IMG/VR virus record: IMGVR_UViG_3300032274_000037
Location: 1-27,130 of that record
Strand: one strand, 5' to 3'
Length of the DNA: 27,130 bases
Origin: a virus
Lineage: Duplodnaviria > Caudoviricetes
Below, in pieces: positions 1-9,465 of the stretch; positions within the stretch are counted from its first letter, which is position 1, and the number at the start of each line of letters is the position of its first letter. Under the pieces are notes generated by a model. The model was given only the letters and a program-made list of their open reading frames with translations, was not told the DNA's origin and searched no databases. Position numbers and translations under genes: made by a program.

Positions 1-3
1 ATA

Positions 4-369
4 ATGGATTTATCCTCACAAAGACAGTACATACAAAGGGCTGTAAATGCAACAGTTGATTTAACAACAACAAGTGCGACTTTAATTTATACAGCACCTA
101 GCGGTGGTGATTTTGACTTTGCAATTATTGAATCAATTTTAGTAACAGAGGATGGCGGTCAACAAACAGATTTTACTTTAACCATGACAAGTGATGACTC
201 TGTGGTGCATACGCTATGGTCACAATACAATATAAGCGCACATAATACAGTTGAATTATTAACGAGAAGTTTAATATTAACAGCAGGAGAAATTATAAAT
301 TGCACAGCTTCTCATGCAAACAAATTAAGTGTAATTATGAGTATCGTTGAGTATGGAAAAGGCGATTAA
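4..369 (+). CDS. Hypothetical virion/tail-associated protein
   Basis: 121-aa ORF, beta-rich and Thr-rich, overlapping the next gene in the structural operon; function inferred from position only. Confidence 0.55.
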   Translation: MDLSSQRQYIQRAVNATVDLTTTSATLIYTAPSGGDFDFAIIESILVTEDGGQQTDFTLTMTSDDSVVHTLWSQYNISAHNTVELLTRSLILTAGEIINCTASHANKLSVIMSIVEYGKGD

Positions 370-757
370 TAAAGTCACGCCAATTAAAAAACAACCTGAA
401 GAGTGGGAAGTACAGTGGCAACGCTGTAAGCCATATATAGCAAAAGCTATCAAACATCAAGATTCCTATACAATAGACGATATAGAGGATAAAATAAGAC
501 ATGGAATATTCCATTTATGGCCAGCTAAGAAGTCGGCTATGATAACTGAATTTGTAGTATTCCCCCAAAATACAGCAATGAACTTGCTGTTTTGTGGTGG
601 TGATTACAAGGAGTTAGAGGATATGTTGCCATCCTTAGAGGCATTTGCAAAAGCTGCTGGTTGTAAAAGATTATATGGCGGTGGTAGAAAAGGATGGTTA
701 AGAAAACTAAAACATTTAGGTTTTAAATCAGAAAATTTAATTAGTAAAGAATTATGA
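347..757 (+). CDS. GNAT-fold acetyltransferase-like protein preceding the ejection genes
   Basis: C-terminal 'FAKAAGCKRLYGGGRKGWLRKLKHLGF' resembles GNAT motifs; podoviruses commonly carry such a gene just before internal virion proteins. Exact start uncertain. Confidence 0.65.
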   Translation: MSMEKAINKVTPIKKQPEEWEVQWQRCKPYIAKAIKHQDSYTIDDIEDKIRHGIFHLWPAKKSAMITEFVVFPQNTAMNLLFCGGDYKELEDMLPSLEAFAKAAGCKRLYGGGRKGWLRKLKHLGFKSENLISKEL

Positions 758-1836
758 GTAAAGGCAAACAAACACAATCAGTCAGTCTACCAGCATACCA
801 AGAAGCACAAGCAAAAGAGTTATTTCAAGCTGGTAAATCATTAGCTGGTACACCATTCGTTCCATACACAGGCCCTAGAGTTGCTGGGTTTAACCCAGAT
901 CAACTTAGACAATTTCAAGCCACCCGTGGTTTGTTTGAAACTGGGATGCAGTATGACCCATTAACTGGCATACAAGAATTAGCACAAAGAGAAGCCCCAC
1001 AAATAGGTCAAGTTGGCTCATTGTTAGGAGCTGACATAGGCGCATATCAATCACCTTACACTCAACAAGTGATAGATCAGTCTATGGCTGATATACAAAG
1101 ACAAGCTGATATAGCTAGAGGTCAAGCGCAATCACGCGCAATCGGCGCGGGTGCTTTTGGCGGTTCACGCTCTGCTTTATTAGAATCTGAATCACAAAGA
1201 CCTTACATCGAGCAACAAGCTAGAACTGCTGCTGGTTTAAGACAAGCTGGTTTTGAGCAGGCACAAAGGGCTGCTGAATCAGATATCGCAAGACAACAGC
1301 AAATGGCAATGTTTGCCCCAGAGTTAGAGCTACGCGCAAGACAGCAACAAGCAGGATTGCTTGGGGGCGTGGGCGCGGAGCAACAAGCAAGACTTGGACA
1401 GCTTGGTCAGATTGGCGCACAACAACAGCAATTACAACAAATGGGTCTACAAGTACCTTACGAAGAGTTCCAAAGAGCTTTGGCTTATGGGCCTCAACAG
1501 TTTGGTTTATTGGCTGCGGGTCAAGGGGTTACAACTCCAACAACCACAACAAAGCAAAAAACTGGTTTAGGCGATATTTTAGGTACTGGCGCACAATTAT
1601 ATGCAACAAAACTTATGTTTGCCTCAGACGAAAGATTAAAAGAAAACATTAAACCTATTGGCAAGTCTGAAAATGGACACAATTTATACACTTGGGATTG
1701 GAACGACAAAGCAAAAGAGCTAGGAATTAATGATCCAACCACAGGTGTTCTTGCTCAAGAGGTTAAAAAGTATATGCCTGAAGCAGTTATTGAAGACGAA
1801 AACGGATACTACAGAGTTAATTACGGAGTTCTATAA
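754..1836 (+). CDS. Probable DNA ejection/internal virion protein with C-terminal peptidase S74 (intramolecular chaperone) domain
   Basis: Gln/Ala/Gly-rich helical body with 'GAGAFGGSR'; C-terminal 'SDERLKENIKPIG...YTWDW...GVLAQEV...PEAV...YYRVNY' is the S74 signature. Confidence 0.75.
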   Translation: MSKGKQTQSVSLPAYQEAQAKELFQAGKSLAGTPFVPYTGPRVAGFNPDQLRQFQATRGLFETGMQYDPLTGIQELAQREAPQIGQVGSLLGADIGAYQSPYTQQVIDQSMADIQRQADIARGQAQSRAIGAGAFGGSRSALLESESQRPYIEQQARTAAGLRQAGFEQAQRAAESDIARQQQMAMFAPELELRARQQQAGLLGGVGAEQQARLGQLGQIGAQQQQLQQMGLQVPYEEFQRALAYGPQQFGLLAAGQGVTTPTTTTKQKTGLGDILGTGAQLYATKLMFASDERLKENIKPIGKSENGHNLYTWDWNDKAKELGINDPTTGVLAQEVKKYMPEAVIEDENGYYRVNYGVL

Positions 1837-2531
1837 TGGCGTTTGGAGATATTTTAAAAGCATTTAATCAAAGCGGCGGTCAGCCAGGTGCTATGCAACC
1901 CATGCAATCACCTATTGGTATGCCCCCTATTGATGATAAAGCATCTAAAAACCAAAAGTTAGGTTTAATGCTTTACGCGCTTGGCGGTGCTTTAAAAGGC
2001 GATAAAAACTTTGTGCAAAACACCATGGCATTGCAGGAAATGCAAGAGGGTAAAAAAAAGCAAGAGGAAAGAAAGAAAAATTATCAAGAGTTTCTTGCAA
2101 AATTAGATCCCGAATCTCCATTTTATGATTTATCCAAAGCTATGGGTTATGAAAATTTAGATAAACTAATATTAGAAAAATATAAAGCTGAACAACCAGT
2201 AGCAGGAAGGCCTACAGCAGCAGCACAAAATTATGCCTCTTTGCAGGAAATTAGAAAAACTGGAACTGCTGAAGATATAGCATTAGCAGAAAAAGTTTTT
2301 GCTGGTATTAACGCTGGAAAAACTGAAACACAAACATTGCAAGCTACTGCTGCTTCTCTAGCAAAAACAGTTAATCCAATCACTCAAGAACTTTATACGC
2401 CAGAAGAAATACAAGCTCAATTAGATAATTTAAAAAATATTTTTAAACAATTCTCAATGCCTAAAACAGAAGACATAACAGATGATAAAAAAGTTATGAC
2501 TGTAGGTGGTTTTCAAGTAGAAGAAATTTAA
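1836..2531 (+). CDS. Probable second ejection/internal virion protein
   Basis: 231-aa helical ORF coupled to the previous gene (TAATG overlap) and lying between two ejection-type genes. Confidence 0.55.
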   Translation: MAFGDILKAFNQSGGQPGAMQPMQSPIGMPPIDDKASKNQKLGLMLYALGGALKGDKNFVQNTMALQEMQEGKKKQEERKKNYQEFLAKLDPESPFYDLSKAMGYENLDKLILEKYKAEQPVAGRPTAAAQNYASLQEIRKTGTAEDIALAEKVFAGINAGKTETQTLQATAASLAKTVNPITQELYTPEEIQAQLDNLKNIFKQFSMPKTEDITDDKKVMTVGGFQVEEI

Positions 2532-2541
2532 CTGGGCTAAT

Positions 2542-5500
2542 ATGCCTTCATATAAAATAACAGACGAACAGGGTAAGTCTCTTAAACTTACAGGTGATGC
2601 TGCTCCAACAGAAGAGCAAATAAAAAAAGTTTTTTCTGATTATTACGCATCACAACCAAAACAAGAAGTATCTTTAACAGACAGAGCTTTGGATTTTGGT
2701 ATTACTCCTTTTGGTAAATCTGACCAAGAAATACAAAATGAAATAAACGAGCAAAGAAATCTAGCAGAGATAACTGGCGCAGCTCCAAAAGAATATAAAT
2801 ATACAGAAGAAACTTTATCACAAGATCCTCAATGGATTGAATCTGCTAAACAAGTTTATCAATTAAACGAAGGCGCAGAAGCAACAGGCTTAGAATCTGA
2901 TGGTGATTATGCCAAATATGCTTTAGATTATATGGGTTGGTTTAACTACAATCTTCCTAAAATGGGGTGGGAGACAGCTCAACTTACACAAGCAACAGAC
3001 GAACAAAAAAATGCTTTTGTTAATTTGATGGATATGTATGACCAGAAAAAAATTAGCTTAGCTGGAACTGGAAGATTTATTAAGGGCGTTGCAACAGATC
3101 CTAGCATTTTAATAGGCGGCGGATTAGGCGCACAAGCAATTAAACAAGGTATAAAAGCTGGTGTAAAAGAGGCAACAAAAGCTGGTTTAAAATCTGGAGC
3201 TAAAGCTGGTGTGTATGAGGGTACTGCATATACAGTTGCAGACAACGCTTTAAGACAATCAGCTAGAATACAAGCAGGTCAACAAGATAGTTTTGATCCA
3301 ATGCAGTCTTTAAAATCAGCGGCGCTGGGAGCAACTTTGGGTGGAGCATTGGGCGGAACAGTTGGTGGTATTTCTGGGTATAGAGCGGCTAAAAATAAAT
3401 TAGATGATGTTATAACTAGAGAACAACCAAGCATCGAAGACCCCAAAATAACAACCAAAGAAATAGCTCGAGAGGTTGAACCAGTTATACAAAAAGAAAT
3501 AACTCAAGAAAAAGAAACTTTGGTTTCTCCAAGCACAAGAACACAGCCCACTTTGAGGCAAGAGTTAGAAGAAATAACACAACCCTTACCAGATATAGAG
3601 TTGCAGCCATTTCAACCTAGAGCAGGATTGTTTGGTGAAGCCTATCAACAAACAGCAACCAACATTATAGATTCAATCAAAAAACCATTTGTAAGATTTT
3701 CTCCTTTAAAAACCTTGCCAGAACAAAAAGAATATTTAACGCTTAGAGGGTTAACTGGCGGTAAATTAACCAGAGTTAAAGACATGACAAGAAAAGTATT
3801 TGATACTTTTTCCGAGTTATCGCCCGAAGATAATTTTGCCGCTAGAAGATATTTAACAAAAGAGGCAGATATTAGCGTTATAAAAAATAAAGACTTACAA
3901 GAAAAAGCAAAAGACCTTAGAAGGGGAATAGATTATATTGGCGATTCTTTGGTTAGGTCTGGAATACTAGAAAAAGAAACTGTTGAAGCCAACAAAGGAT
4001 CTTATTTACCCAAAGTATATTTAAAATATTTAGATAAAAAATCTGCTATGGGTTACACAAAACCTAGAAAAGATATGAGTGATGAAACTATAGAATTTCT
4101 CGGTGAAGTCACAGACATATCTCAACAAGGAGCAAGAGCAATAGAAGATCCAATGACTGATATTGTTCAATATCAAATGTTTGAAAAGGTATTTAACAAT
4201 CCTAAATGGACATTGCAATCTGGCTTGGTAGATTTTCAAGGCAAAAAAGTTAGTCCAGTTTGGTTAAAACAAGAAAGAGATAGGGTTGCTGATGAAATAA
4301 CAGGAAACCTAAGGCCAAATAAAGACAAAAAAATTGTAAAAGAATTTGATAGTTTAATTGACCAAGCAAACGCAAACATACAAAAAGAAGATCTTTCTTT
4401 GTACAAACAAATGCCAGACAGCAAACAGTATGGTGTTCTAAGGGGAGCATATGTCAGAAAAGAAATTTATGATGATCTTTTATACGCTGGTAATGTATCT
4501 GATAACTGGTTTAGAAAAATATTTGGACAGCCTGGAAAACTAGCAAAGCTAACAAAATGGTTTAAGTTTTCTAAAGTTGCTTTAAACCCACCATCACAAA
4601 TTCGTAATGCTTCTTCAAATGTTATTTTGTTAGATTTGTCTGGAATACCTGCGCAAAAATTACCAAAAAGAATTTTAGAAGCAGTACAAGATATGAGTAA
4701 GAATGGCCCATATACTCAAATAGCAAGAAAATATGGAATCATAGATTCAACATTTGCAAAACAAGAAATGGTTGAACTCAACAAACTATACAGAAAATTA
4801 AAAGCTCAAGAAACTAAAAACGCTGTAGATGCTGCTAGATATTATGGAAGCATAATAGGTGATTGGGCTGGTAATGTTTACCAGGCTATAGAAATTATTG
4901 GCAAAACAACAAAAATAATTGATGAGATGAAAAGGGGCGTTGACGAAGCTAATGCAGCTTTTGAAGCGCAAAAATCTTTATTTGATTATTCTTTAGTTCC
5001 AGCCTCAGTAAAAGATATTAGAACTCACTCTCTTGGTATACCATTTATGACTTTTTACTATAAAGTTTTGCCTAATTTATTGGAGTCTGCAATTAGATAT
5101 CCAGAAAAATATGTAAAGTATTTGGCTATACCAACAGCAGCGGCAGCTTATGTTGCATCTACAAAAGATGTTTCTATTGACGATGTAAATAAGTTGAAAG
5201 AAGCAATGCCAAAATGGATTAGAGATAAAGGTTCTGCTTTTTTATTACCATTTAAAGATGAAAATGATAAATGGCAAGTGTTTGATTTTAGTTATTTTCT
5301 TCCTTGGAGTATGTTTACAGGCATAGCAACAGATGCAAAGGAAGGAGAACTCTCAGAAGCTCTTAGACAAACAGGGGCGCTGGGTGGCCCAATACCTCAA
5401 TTAATTACTGCGTGGACAACAAACATAGATCCATTTACACAAAGAGAAATATCGAATGATGCTGACTCAGCAGAAAAACAACTACAAGATAAATTAAATT

Positions 5501-5871
5501 ATCTTTATAGAACAGCCATGCCAACATGGTTGACGGATATTGGGTTTGCTGGAAAACTAAAACAAGCAATAGATAGAGATGTAAACAAGTTTGGAGATCC
5601 AAAAATAACAAAAACACAAGCCATGATGAGATTGTTTGGTGTCAACCTTTATTCTATAGACCCTCAAAAAAGCAGATTACAAAATATAAAATCTATGGAT
5701 TATGAGATACAACAAATAAAAGCAAGAAGAACACAAACTTTAAAAGACAAAAATTTAACACCAACACAAAGAAAAGAAATAGCGAAAGAATATTCTAATA
5801 GAATAAAAGAAAGATTAGAGCAAAGAAAAGAGTATGTTCAAGCAAGTGAAATACCAAAAGAGCTTTTATAA
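2542..5871 (+). CDS. Large DNA ejection/internal virion protein
   Basis: 1109 aa, mostly helical, Gly/Ala-rich hydrophobic segments ('AALGATLGGALGGTVGGISGY'), 'IPFMTFYYK' and 'FDFSYFLPW' motifs typical of large podovirus ejection proteins; last gene of the structural block. Confidence 0.7.
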   Translation: MPSYKITDEQGKSLKLTGDAAPTEEQIKKVFSDYYASQPKQEVSLTDRALDFGITPFGKSDQEIQNEINEQRNLAEITGAAPKEYKYTEETLSQDPQWIESAKQVYQLNEGAEATGLESDGDYAKYALDYMGWFNYNLPKMGWETAQLTQATDEQKNAFVNLMDMYDQKKISLAGTGRFIKGVATDPSILIGGGLGAQAIKQGIKAGVKEATKAGLKSGAKAGVYEGTAYTVADNALRQSARIQAGQQDSFDPMQSLKSAALGATLGGALGGTVGGISGYRAAKNKLDDVITREQPSIEDPKITTKEIAREVEPVIQKEITQEKETLVSPSTRTQPTLRQELEEITQPLPDIELQPFQPRAGLFGEAYQQTATNIIDSIKKPFVRFSPLKTLPEQKEYLTLRGLTGGKLTRVKDMTRKVFDTFSELSPEDNFAARRYLTKEADISVIKNKDLQEKAKDLRRGIDYIGDSLVRSGILEKETVEANKGSYLPKVYLKYLDKKSAMGYTKPRKDMSDETIEFLGEVTDISQQGARAIEDPMTDIVQYQMFEKVFNNPKWTLQSGLVDFQGKKVSPVWLKQERDRVADEITGNLRPNKDKKIVKEFDSLIDQANANIQKEDLSLYKQMPDSKQYGVLRGAYVRKEIYDDLLYAGNVSDNWFRKIFGQPGKLAKLTKWFKFSKVALNPPSQIRNASSNVILLDLSGIPAQKLPKRILEAVQDMSKNGPYTQIARKYGIIDSTFAKQEMVELNKLYRKLKAQETKNAVDAARYYGSIIGDWAGNVYQAIEIIGKTTKIIDEMKRGVDEANAAFEAQKSLFDYSLVPASVKDIRTHSLGIPFMTFYYKVLPNLLESAIRYPEKYVKYLAIPTAAAAYVASTKDVSIDDVNKLKEAMPKWIRDKGSAFLLPFKDENDKWQVFDFSYFLPWSMFTGIATDAKEGELSEALRQTGALGGPIPQLITAWTTNIDPFTQREISNDADSAEKQLQDKLNYLYRTAMPTWLTDIGFAGKLKQAIDRDVNKFGDPKITKTQAMMRLFGVNLYSIDPQKSRLQNIKSMDYEIQQIKARRTQTLKDKNLTPTQRKEIAKEYSNRIKERLEQRKEYVQASEIPKELL

Positions 5872-5878
5872 ATAACCC

Positions 5879-6277
5879 ATGCCCCTTGCAACAGAACGAG
5901 TTGGTCGTTTTGGTGAATATCTCACAGCAGCAATCCTCTCTCAAGTTTCTGACACAGTAAGCATCGTTCCACACAACGCATCCGCAGACATTATCTTTGA
6001 ACACAACTTAAAGCTGTATAAGTGCCAGGTTAAAACACAATCTAAGATAGAAGAACGCAGAGGTAATTGGCGGTTTGATATGCGGAAGGGCCAAAGAGTT
6101 GCTCATAGAAAATATAAAGACAATGAGATAGATATATTTGCTTTTGTTTCTATAACCCACAGAAATGTGGTTTTCTCTAAACCCATAGACAAGGGTCAGC
6201 TAACCATCGTTGATGAGCACATGAAGAACAATGATGCTGTTAAAAACATCAAAGATATATTGGAAGACCTTAATTAA
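5879..6277 (+). CDS. Stand-alone PD-(D/E)XK endonuclease (PDDEXK_5 / intron-associated homing endonuclease-like)
   Basis: 'GRFGEYL...ADIIFE...YKCQVKT...Y...EIDIFAFV' matches the E...D...QxK pattern of this family. Confidence 0.75.
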   Translation: MPLATERVGRFGEYLTAAILSQVSDTVSIVPHNASADIIFEHNLKLYKCQVKTQSKIEERRGNWRFDMRKGQRVAHRKYKDNEIDIFAFVSITHRNVVFSKPIDKGQLTIVDEHMKNNDAVKNIKDILEDLN

Positions 6278-6489
6278 AGACTTTCAATATCAAACATAAC
6301 TTCTTGATCCTTATAATGCTTAACGGAGTTAATTCCCACTTGTAGGAAATACTCCGCTAAAGCTTGAGGATCTTTATTTTCCAACCCAGCTACATCTATC
6401 AAAGAACGCGCAATGTGTCTGTTTACATAAACAGGCGTATTGTTGTTCCTCTCATTTAGAACTGGATCTTCAAAATCAAACAAGTTCAT
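6274..6489 (-). CDS. Small protein, possible ribbon-helix-helix DNA-binding regulator
   Basis: SD AGGAG upstream on the minus strand; 'TPVYVNRHIARSLIDVAGLENKDPQALAEYFLQVGI' fits beta-helix-turn-helix spacing of Arc/CopG-like proteins (inference). Confidence 0.5.
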   Translation of the reverse strand: MNLFDFEDPVLNERNNNTPVYVNRHIARSLIDVAGLENKDPQALAEYFLQVGINSVKHYKDQEVMFDIESL

Positions 6490-6499
6490 TGCTTTACTC

Positions 6500-6802
6500 C
6501 TAGACCTTTACCTCCTTGGTATATTGGCCTAATTTGTTACCCTCTCCGTCTACACCATGTACAAGTTGTAGTTCAAGGTCAATGTAATGCTTGGCTTTAA
6601 GTAAGTCTTCAACCTTATCAACCTTATCTCTGGTAATAAGTTTCAATACATTACCCATCGACCATGACAAACCATTTGCGTAAATATACTCAATGGGTTG
6701 TATGCCATTGCCTTTATAATGATTGCCACCTACCTGGTTATTGATCGCAAGCATATCAATTGCTTGATCCCATTCCTCTGGCGTTGCATTATCTATACTC
6801 AT
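6500..6802 (-). CDS. DUF3310 (SaV-like / T7 gp1.7-like nucleotide kinase family) protein
   Basis: 'QVGGNHY...IQPIEYI...GNVLK..TR...EDLLKAKHYID' is the DUF3310 signature; SD AAGGAGAAG. Confidence 0.85.
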   Translation of the reverse strand: MSIDNATPEEWDQAIDMLAINNQVGGNHYKGNGIQPIEYIYANGLSWSMGNVLKLITRDKVDKVEDLLKAKHYIDLELQLVHGVDGEGNKLGQYTKEVKV

Positions 6803-6828
6803 ATTCTTCTCCTTTTTTATAAATATAT

Positions 6829-6863
6829 TTGCATATCATATAACTTTAGTGTAAATTTAACAA
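6829..6863. promoter_or_regulatory. Overlapping divergent sigma70-type promoters
   Basis: Plus strand: TTGCAT (6829-6834)-17 nt-TAAATT (6852-6857). Minus strand: TTGTTA (6863-6858)-17 nt-TATGAT (6840-6835). Lies between divergent genes. Confidence 0.55.
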
Positions 6864-6893
6864 CATTCAAATACAAAAAGGGAGTATTAGGAA

Positions 6894-7097
6894 ATGACAG
6901 ACACCGATAAAGTCTTTATAGACACTAAGCAATTAGCTAAAAGGTGGGGCAAAAATCCACACGCGCTATCAAATTTAAGGCGCAAAGGCGGAGGCCCTAA
7001 CTATTATAAGATCGGCGGTAAAGTTCTTTATGATTTAACAGAAATCAAAGAATTAGAAGAAAGCTCATACGTTTCCAATGGCTCACGCAATATTTAG
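6894..7097 (+). CDS. Helix-turn-helix DNA-binding protein (HTH_17 / AlpA / excisionase-like)
   Basis: 'IDTKQLAKRWGKNPHALSNLRRKGGGPNYYKIGGKVLYDLTEI' is the typical HTH_17 pattern. Confidence 0.85.
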   Translation: MTDTDKVFIDTKQLAKRWGKNPHALSNLRRKGGGPNYYKIGGKVLYDLTEIKELEESSYVSNGSRNI

Positions 7098-7812
7098 CCC
7101 CTCATCCTCAGATCGCTGGTTTAAATGCCCAGCGAGCGCGTACCTAAACTATTCAGCAGAATACAAGGTAGGCATCCCTGCGGCTACAGGAACGCTTATC
7201 CATGAGATGTGCGAGATGCTATTAAAAGGCAGACTCAAAGACATGACCTTGCGTGACTATTGGTTAGGTAAAGTTCAGGTGGTCGAAGACTTCGAGATAG
7301 AAGTTGATGAGGATATGATTGCGTGCGCGGAGACTTATGTAGAGTACATACATAAAAGAAAAGAAGAACTTAACGCCAAGATGTTGATAGAAGAAAAAGT
7401 TTACATGGATGAGATATCAACAAAATGTTTTGGTACTGCTGACACAATATTAATTGGTGAAGATCGCATCGCAGTTATAGATTTAAAGTCTGGTAAGTGG
7501 GGTGTAGATGTCGAAAGGAATAAGCAGTTAATGATTTATGGACTGGGTGCGCTCGCGCGGTATGGGGATGAGAATACCACCATGGAGCTGACCATTGTAC
7601 AACCACGCGGTTGGCATAAAGATGGCGCTATAAGAACATACGAGATTTCAGCTACCAATCTGGTTGATTGGGGCTACAACGATTTGAAACAAGCAACTGA
7701 TGCTTGTGACGAAGAAAACCCACAATATGCGGCGGGAGATCATTGCAGATTTTGTAATGCCAAGGCAGATTGTGATACTTATAAAACTACTCTAGGAGAG
7801 AAATATGGTTGA
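7078..7812 (+). CDS. DUF2800 family Cas4-like PD-(D/E)XK exonuclease
   Basis: 'HAIFSPSSSDRWFKCPAS', 'GTLIHE', 'FGTAD', 'IDLKSG', 'QLMIYGLG', 'GDHCRFC...C' Cys cluster. Confidence 0.85.
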   Translation: MAHAIFSPSSSDRWFKCPASAYLNYSAEYKVGIPAATGTLIHEMCEMLLKGRLKDMTLRDYWLGKVQVVEDFEIEVDEDMIACAETYVEYIHKRKEELNAKMLIEEKVYMDEISTKCFGTADTILIGEDRIAVIDLKSGKWGVDVERNKQLMIYGLGALARYGDENTTMELTIVQPRGWHKDGAIRTYEISATNLVDWGYNDLKQATDACDEENPQYAAGDHCRFCNAKADCDTYKTTLGEKYG

Positions 7813-8053
7813 AGAAACTAAAGAACTAACCTTTACCTTTAATGAGGATGGTAAAGAATATAAAGTAGATGATTTGTCTGAAGAGAACAAGATTCTATAT
7901 AACAAAGTGACCCTTGTTAACCAACAAAGGCAGGAGGTCATTGCTAACGCTAACTTTGAAGTAGAGAAGTTAGAGATACTTGGCAAACATTACAGCAACG
8001 CTTTGAAAGAAGCTGTTGAGGGTGATGAATCTAAGGTTGAGGTGGCTAAATGA
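7805..8053 (+). CDS. Hypothetical coiled-coil protein
   Basis: 82-aa ORF with SD AGGAGAG, overlapping both neighbours. Confidence 0.7.
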   Translation: MVEETKELTFTFNEDGKEYKVDDLSEENKILYNKVTLVNQQRQEVIANANFEVEKLEILGKHYSNALKEAVEGDESKVEVAK

Positions 8054-8778
8054 GTTTAGCTGCAATCCAAAAGAAAGGTAAAGTAAAACCACCAAGACTT
8101 ATATGTTATGGCCCAGGTGGTATCGGTAAAACATCATTTGCCGCAAGCATGGATAAATGTGTAATCGTACAATCTGAGGATGGTATCGGAAAGATTGAGT
8201 GCGATCACTTTCCAGTAGCTAAAAGCTATGAAGAGTTTATGAATAATCTAACCTCTTTGCTTACAGAAGATCACGAATTTCGTGTTGCTTGTATTGATTC
8301 ACTAGACTGGTTAGAAACCTTGCTATGGGATCATGTCTGTAAAGAAAATGGTTGGGCGCAAATAGATACACCTGCTTATGGTAAAGGCTATGTTGCAGCT
8401 CTTGATAAGTGGAAAGAGTATGTTGAGGTTCTCAACAGACTTAGAGATGAGAAATCAATGACTGTAATACAGATTGCACACAATCAGATTCGCAGATATG
8501 AAGACCCATCTAATGATCCACATGATCGACATGAAATCAAACTACATCGTAAAGCTGCTGACTTATTAGTAGAACATAGCGATGCAGTCTTTTTTGCCAA
8601 CTACAAAGTTGGAACTGTACAAGTCAAAGGCAAGATGGGTATGACTACCAAGACTGTTGCTGGAGACAGAACTATTTTTACTGAGCAAGCACCTGGTTAT
8701 ATGGCCAAGAACAGATATGGCTTGCCTAGTGAGATGCCTTTTGAGTGGGCAACCATAAGAGAGGAAATGTTGAAATGA
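8050..8778 (+). CDS. Sak4-like ssDNA-annealing ATPase (AAA_24)
   Basis: Walker A 'YGPGGIGKTS', Walker B 'IDSLDWLE', 'IAH', C-terminal 'AKNRYGLP'. Confidence 0.85.
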   Translation: MSLAAIQKKGKVKPPRLICYGPGGIGKTSFAASMDKCVIVQSEDGIGKIECDHFPVAKSYEEFMNNLTSLLTEDHEFRVACIDSLDWLETLLWDHVCKENGWAQIDTPAYGKGYVAALDKWKEYVEVLNRLRDEKSMTVIQIAHNQIRRYEDPSNDPHDRHEIKLHRKAADLLVEHSDAVFFANYKVGTVQVKGKMGMTTKTVAGDRTIFTEQAPGYMAKNRYGLPSEMPFEWATIREEMLK

Positions 8779-8975
8779 GCCGATTAGGAGAAGTTGAAAG
8801 AGTAAAGAGAACCTTAAAACTGTTTGATATGATCTTGAATAAACACATAGATTCTATCAATCCAGAGGACAACTCTTTACCTACTGACGGATTACATTGG
8901 CTTATTTCAATGCAGGCGGATTGTGAGGATTTAATCGAATACTTATCTGATTATGATTCTTACGATCCAGGTTAA
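8775..8975 (+). CDS. Hypothetical protein (MSRLGEVERV...)
   Basis: ATG at 8775 overlaps the previous stop (ATGA) and has GAGGA upstream; preferred over the 8745 start in the ORF track. Confidence 0.6.
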   Translation: MSRLGEVERVKRTLKLFDMILNKHIDSINPEDNSLPTDGLHWLISMQADCEDLIEYLSDYDSYDPG

Positions 8976-9003
8976 TTAATATATAGATATAAAGGGTATC
9001 AAT

Positions 9004-9465
9004 ATGGATATAAGTAATTTTTTCGGCGATGTGGAAGTTGTCGAACAACAAACGGATATAAAACCAGGAAGATATGATCTTGAGTATGTAAATACTAATG
9101 AAGAATTAAGATCAGGTCAGAATGGTTGGATGGGTATGCAACTTAACTTTAGGATTGCGGGAACAGGATTACAAACAGGTTTTACTGTAACTGTTGCGCA
9201 TGACAATCCTAAGTATGTTGGTTTTGGTATGAAGGAAATGGCAGGTCTTGCAAAAGCAGCTGGCATTACTGGAACTTTAAAAGACACTAACGAGCTTAAT
9301 GGTAAGACAGTTAGTTGTATGTTAAAGCTAAACGAAAACAACTACCCAGAGATCGACTCTAAGTTTGGTAGCAATTGGCAACCAGCAGAGGGTAAGAAGG
9401 TAGAGGCAAGTGCGCCGACACCTCCGAAAGTAGAAGAAGATCTTGGCGACAGGATCCCTTTTTAA
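9004..9465 (+). CDS. Single-stranded DNA-binding protein (DUF669-like)
   Basis: 'IKPGRYDL' OB-fold start, flexible Pro/Ala linker and acidic SSB-type tail 'EEDLGDRIPF'; follows Sak4 as is usual. Confidence 0.75.
   Translation: MDISNFFGDVEVVEQQTDIKPGRYDLEYVNTNEELRSGQNGWMGMQLNFRIAGTGLQTGFTVTVAHDNPKYVGFGMKEMAGLAKAAGITGTLKDTNELNGKTVSCMLKLNENNYPEIDSKFGSNWQPAEGKKVEASAPTPPKVEEDLGDRIPF

Noticed and set aside
6698-6910. 70-aa plus-strand ORF
   Set aside because: Overlaps DUF3310 antisense and the promoter region; low-complexity translation.
6894-7097. Excisionase implying an integrated prophage
   Set aside because: No integrase, att site or host genes in the window; lifestyle cannot be called.
7078-7812. 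Cas4-like nuclease as part of a CRISPR-Cas system
   Set aside because: DUF2800-type exonuclease in the standard exonuclease-Sak4-SSB recombination context; no cas1/cas2.
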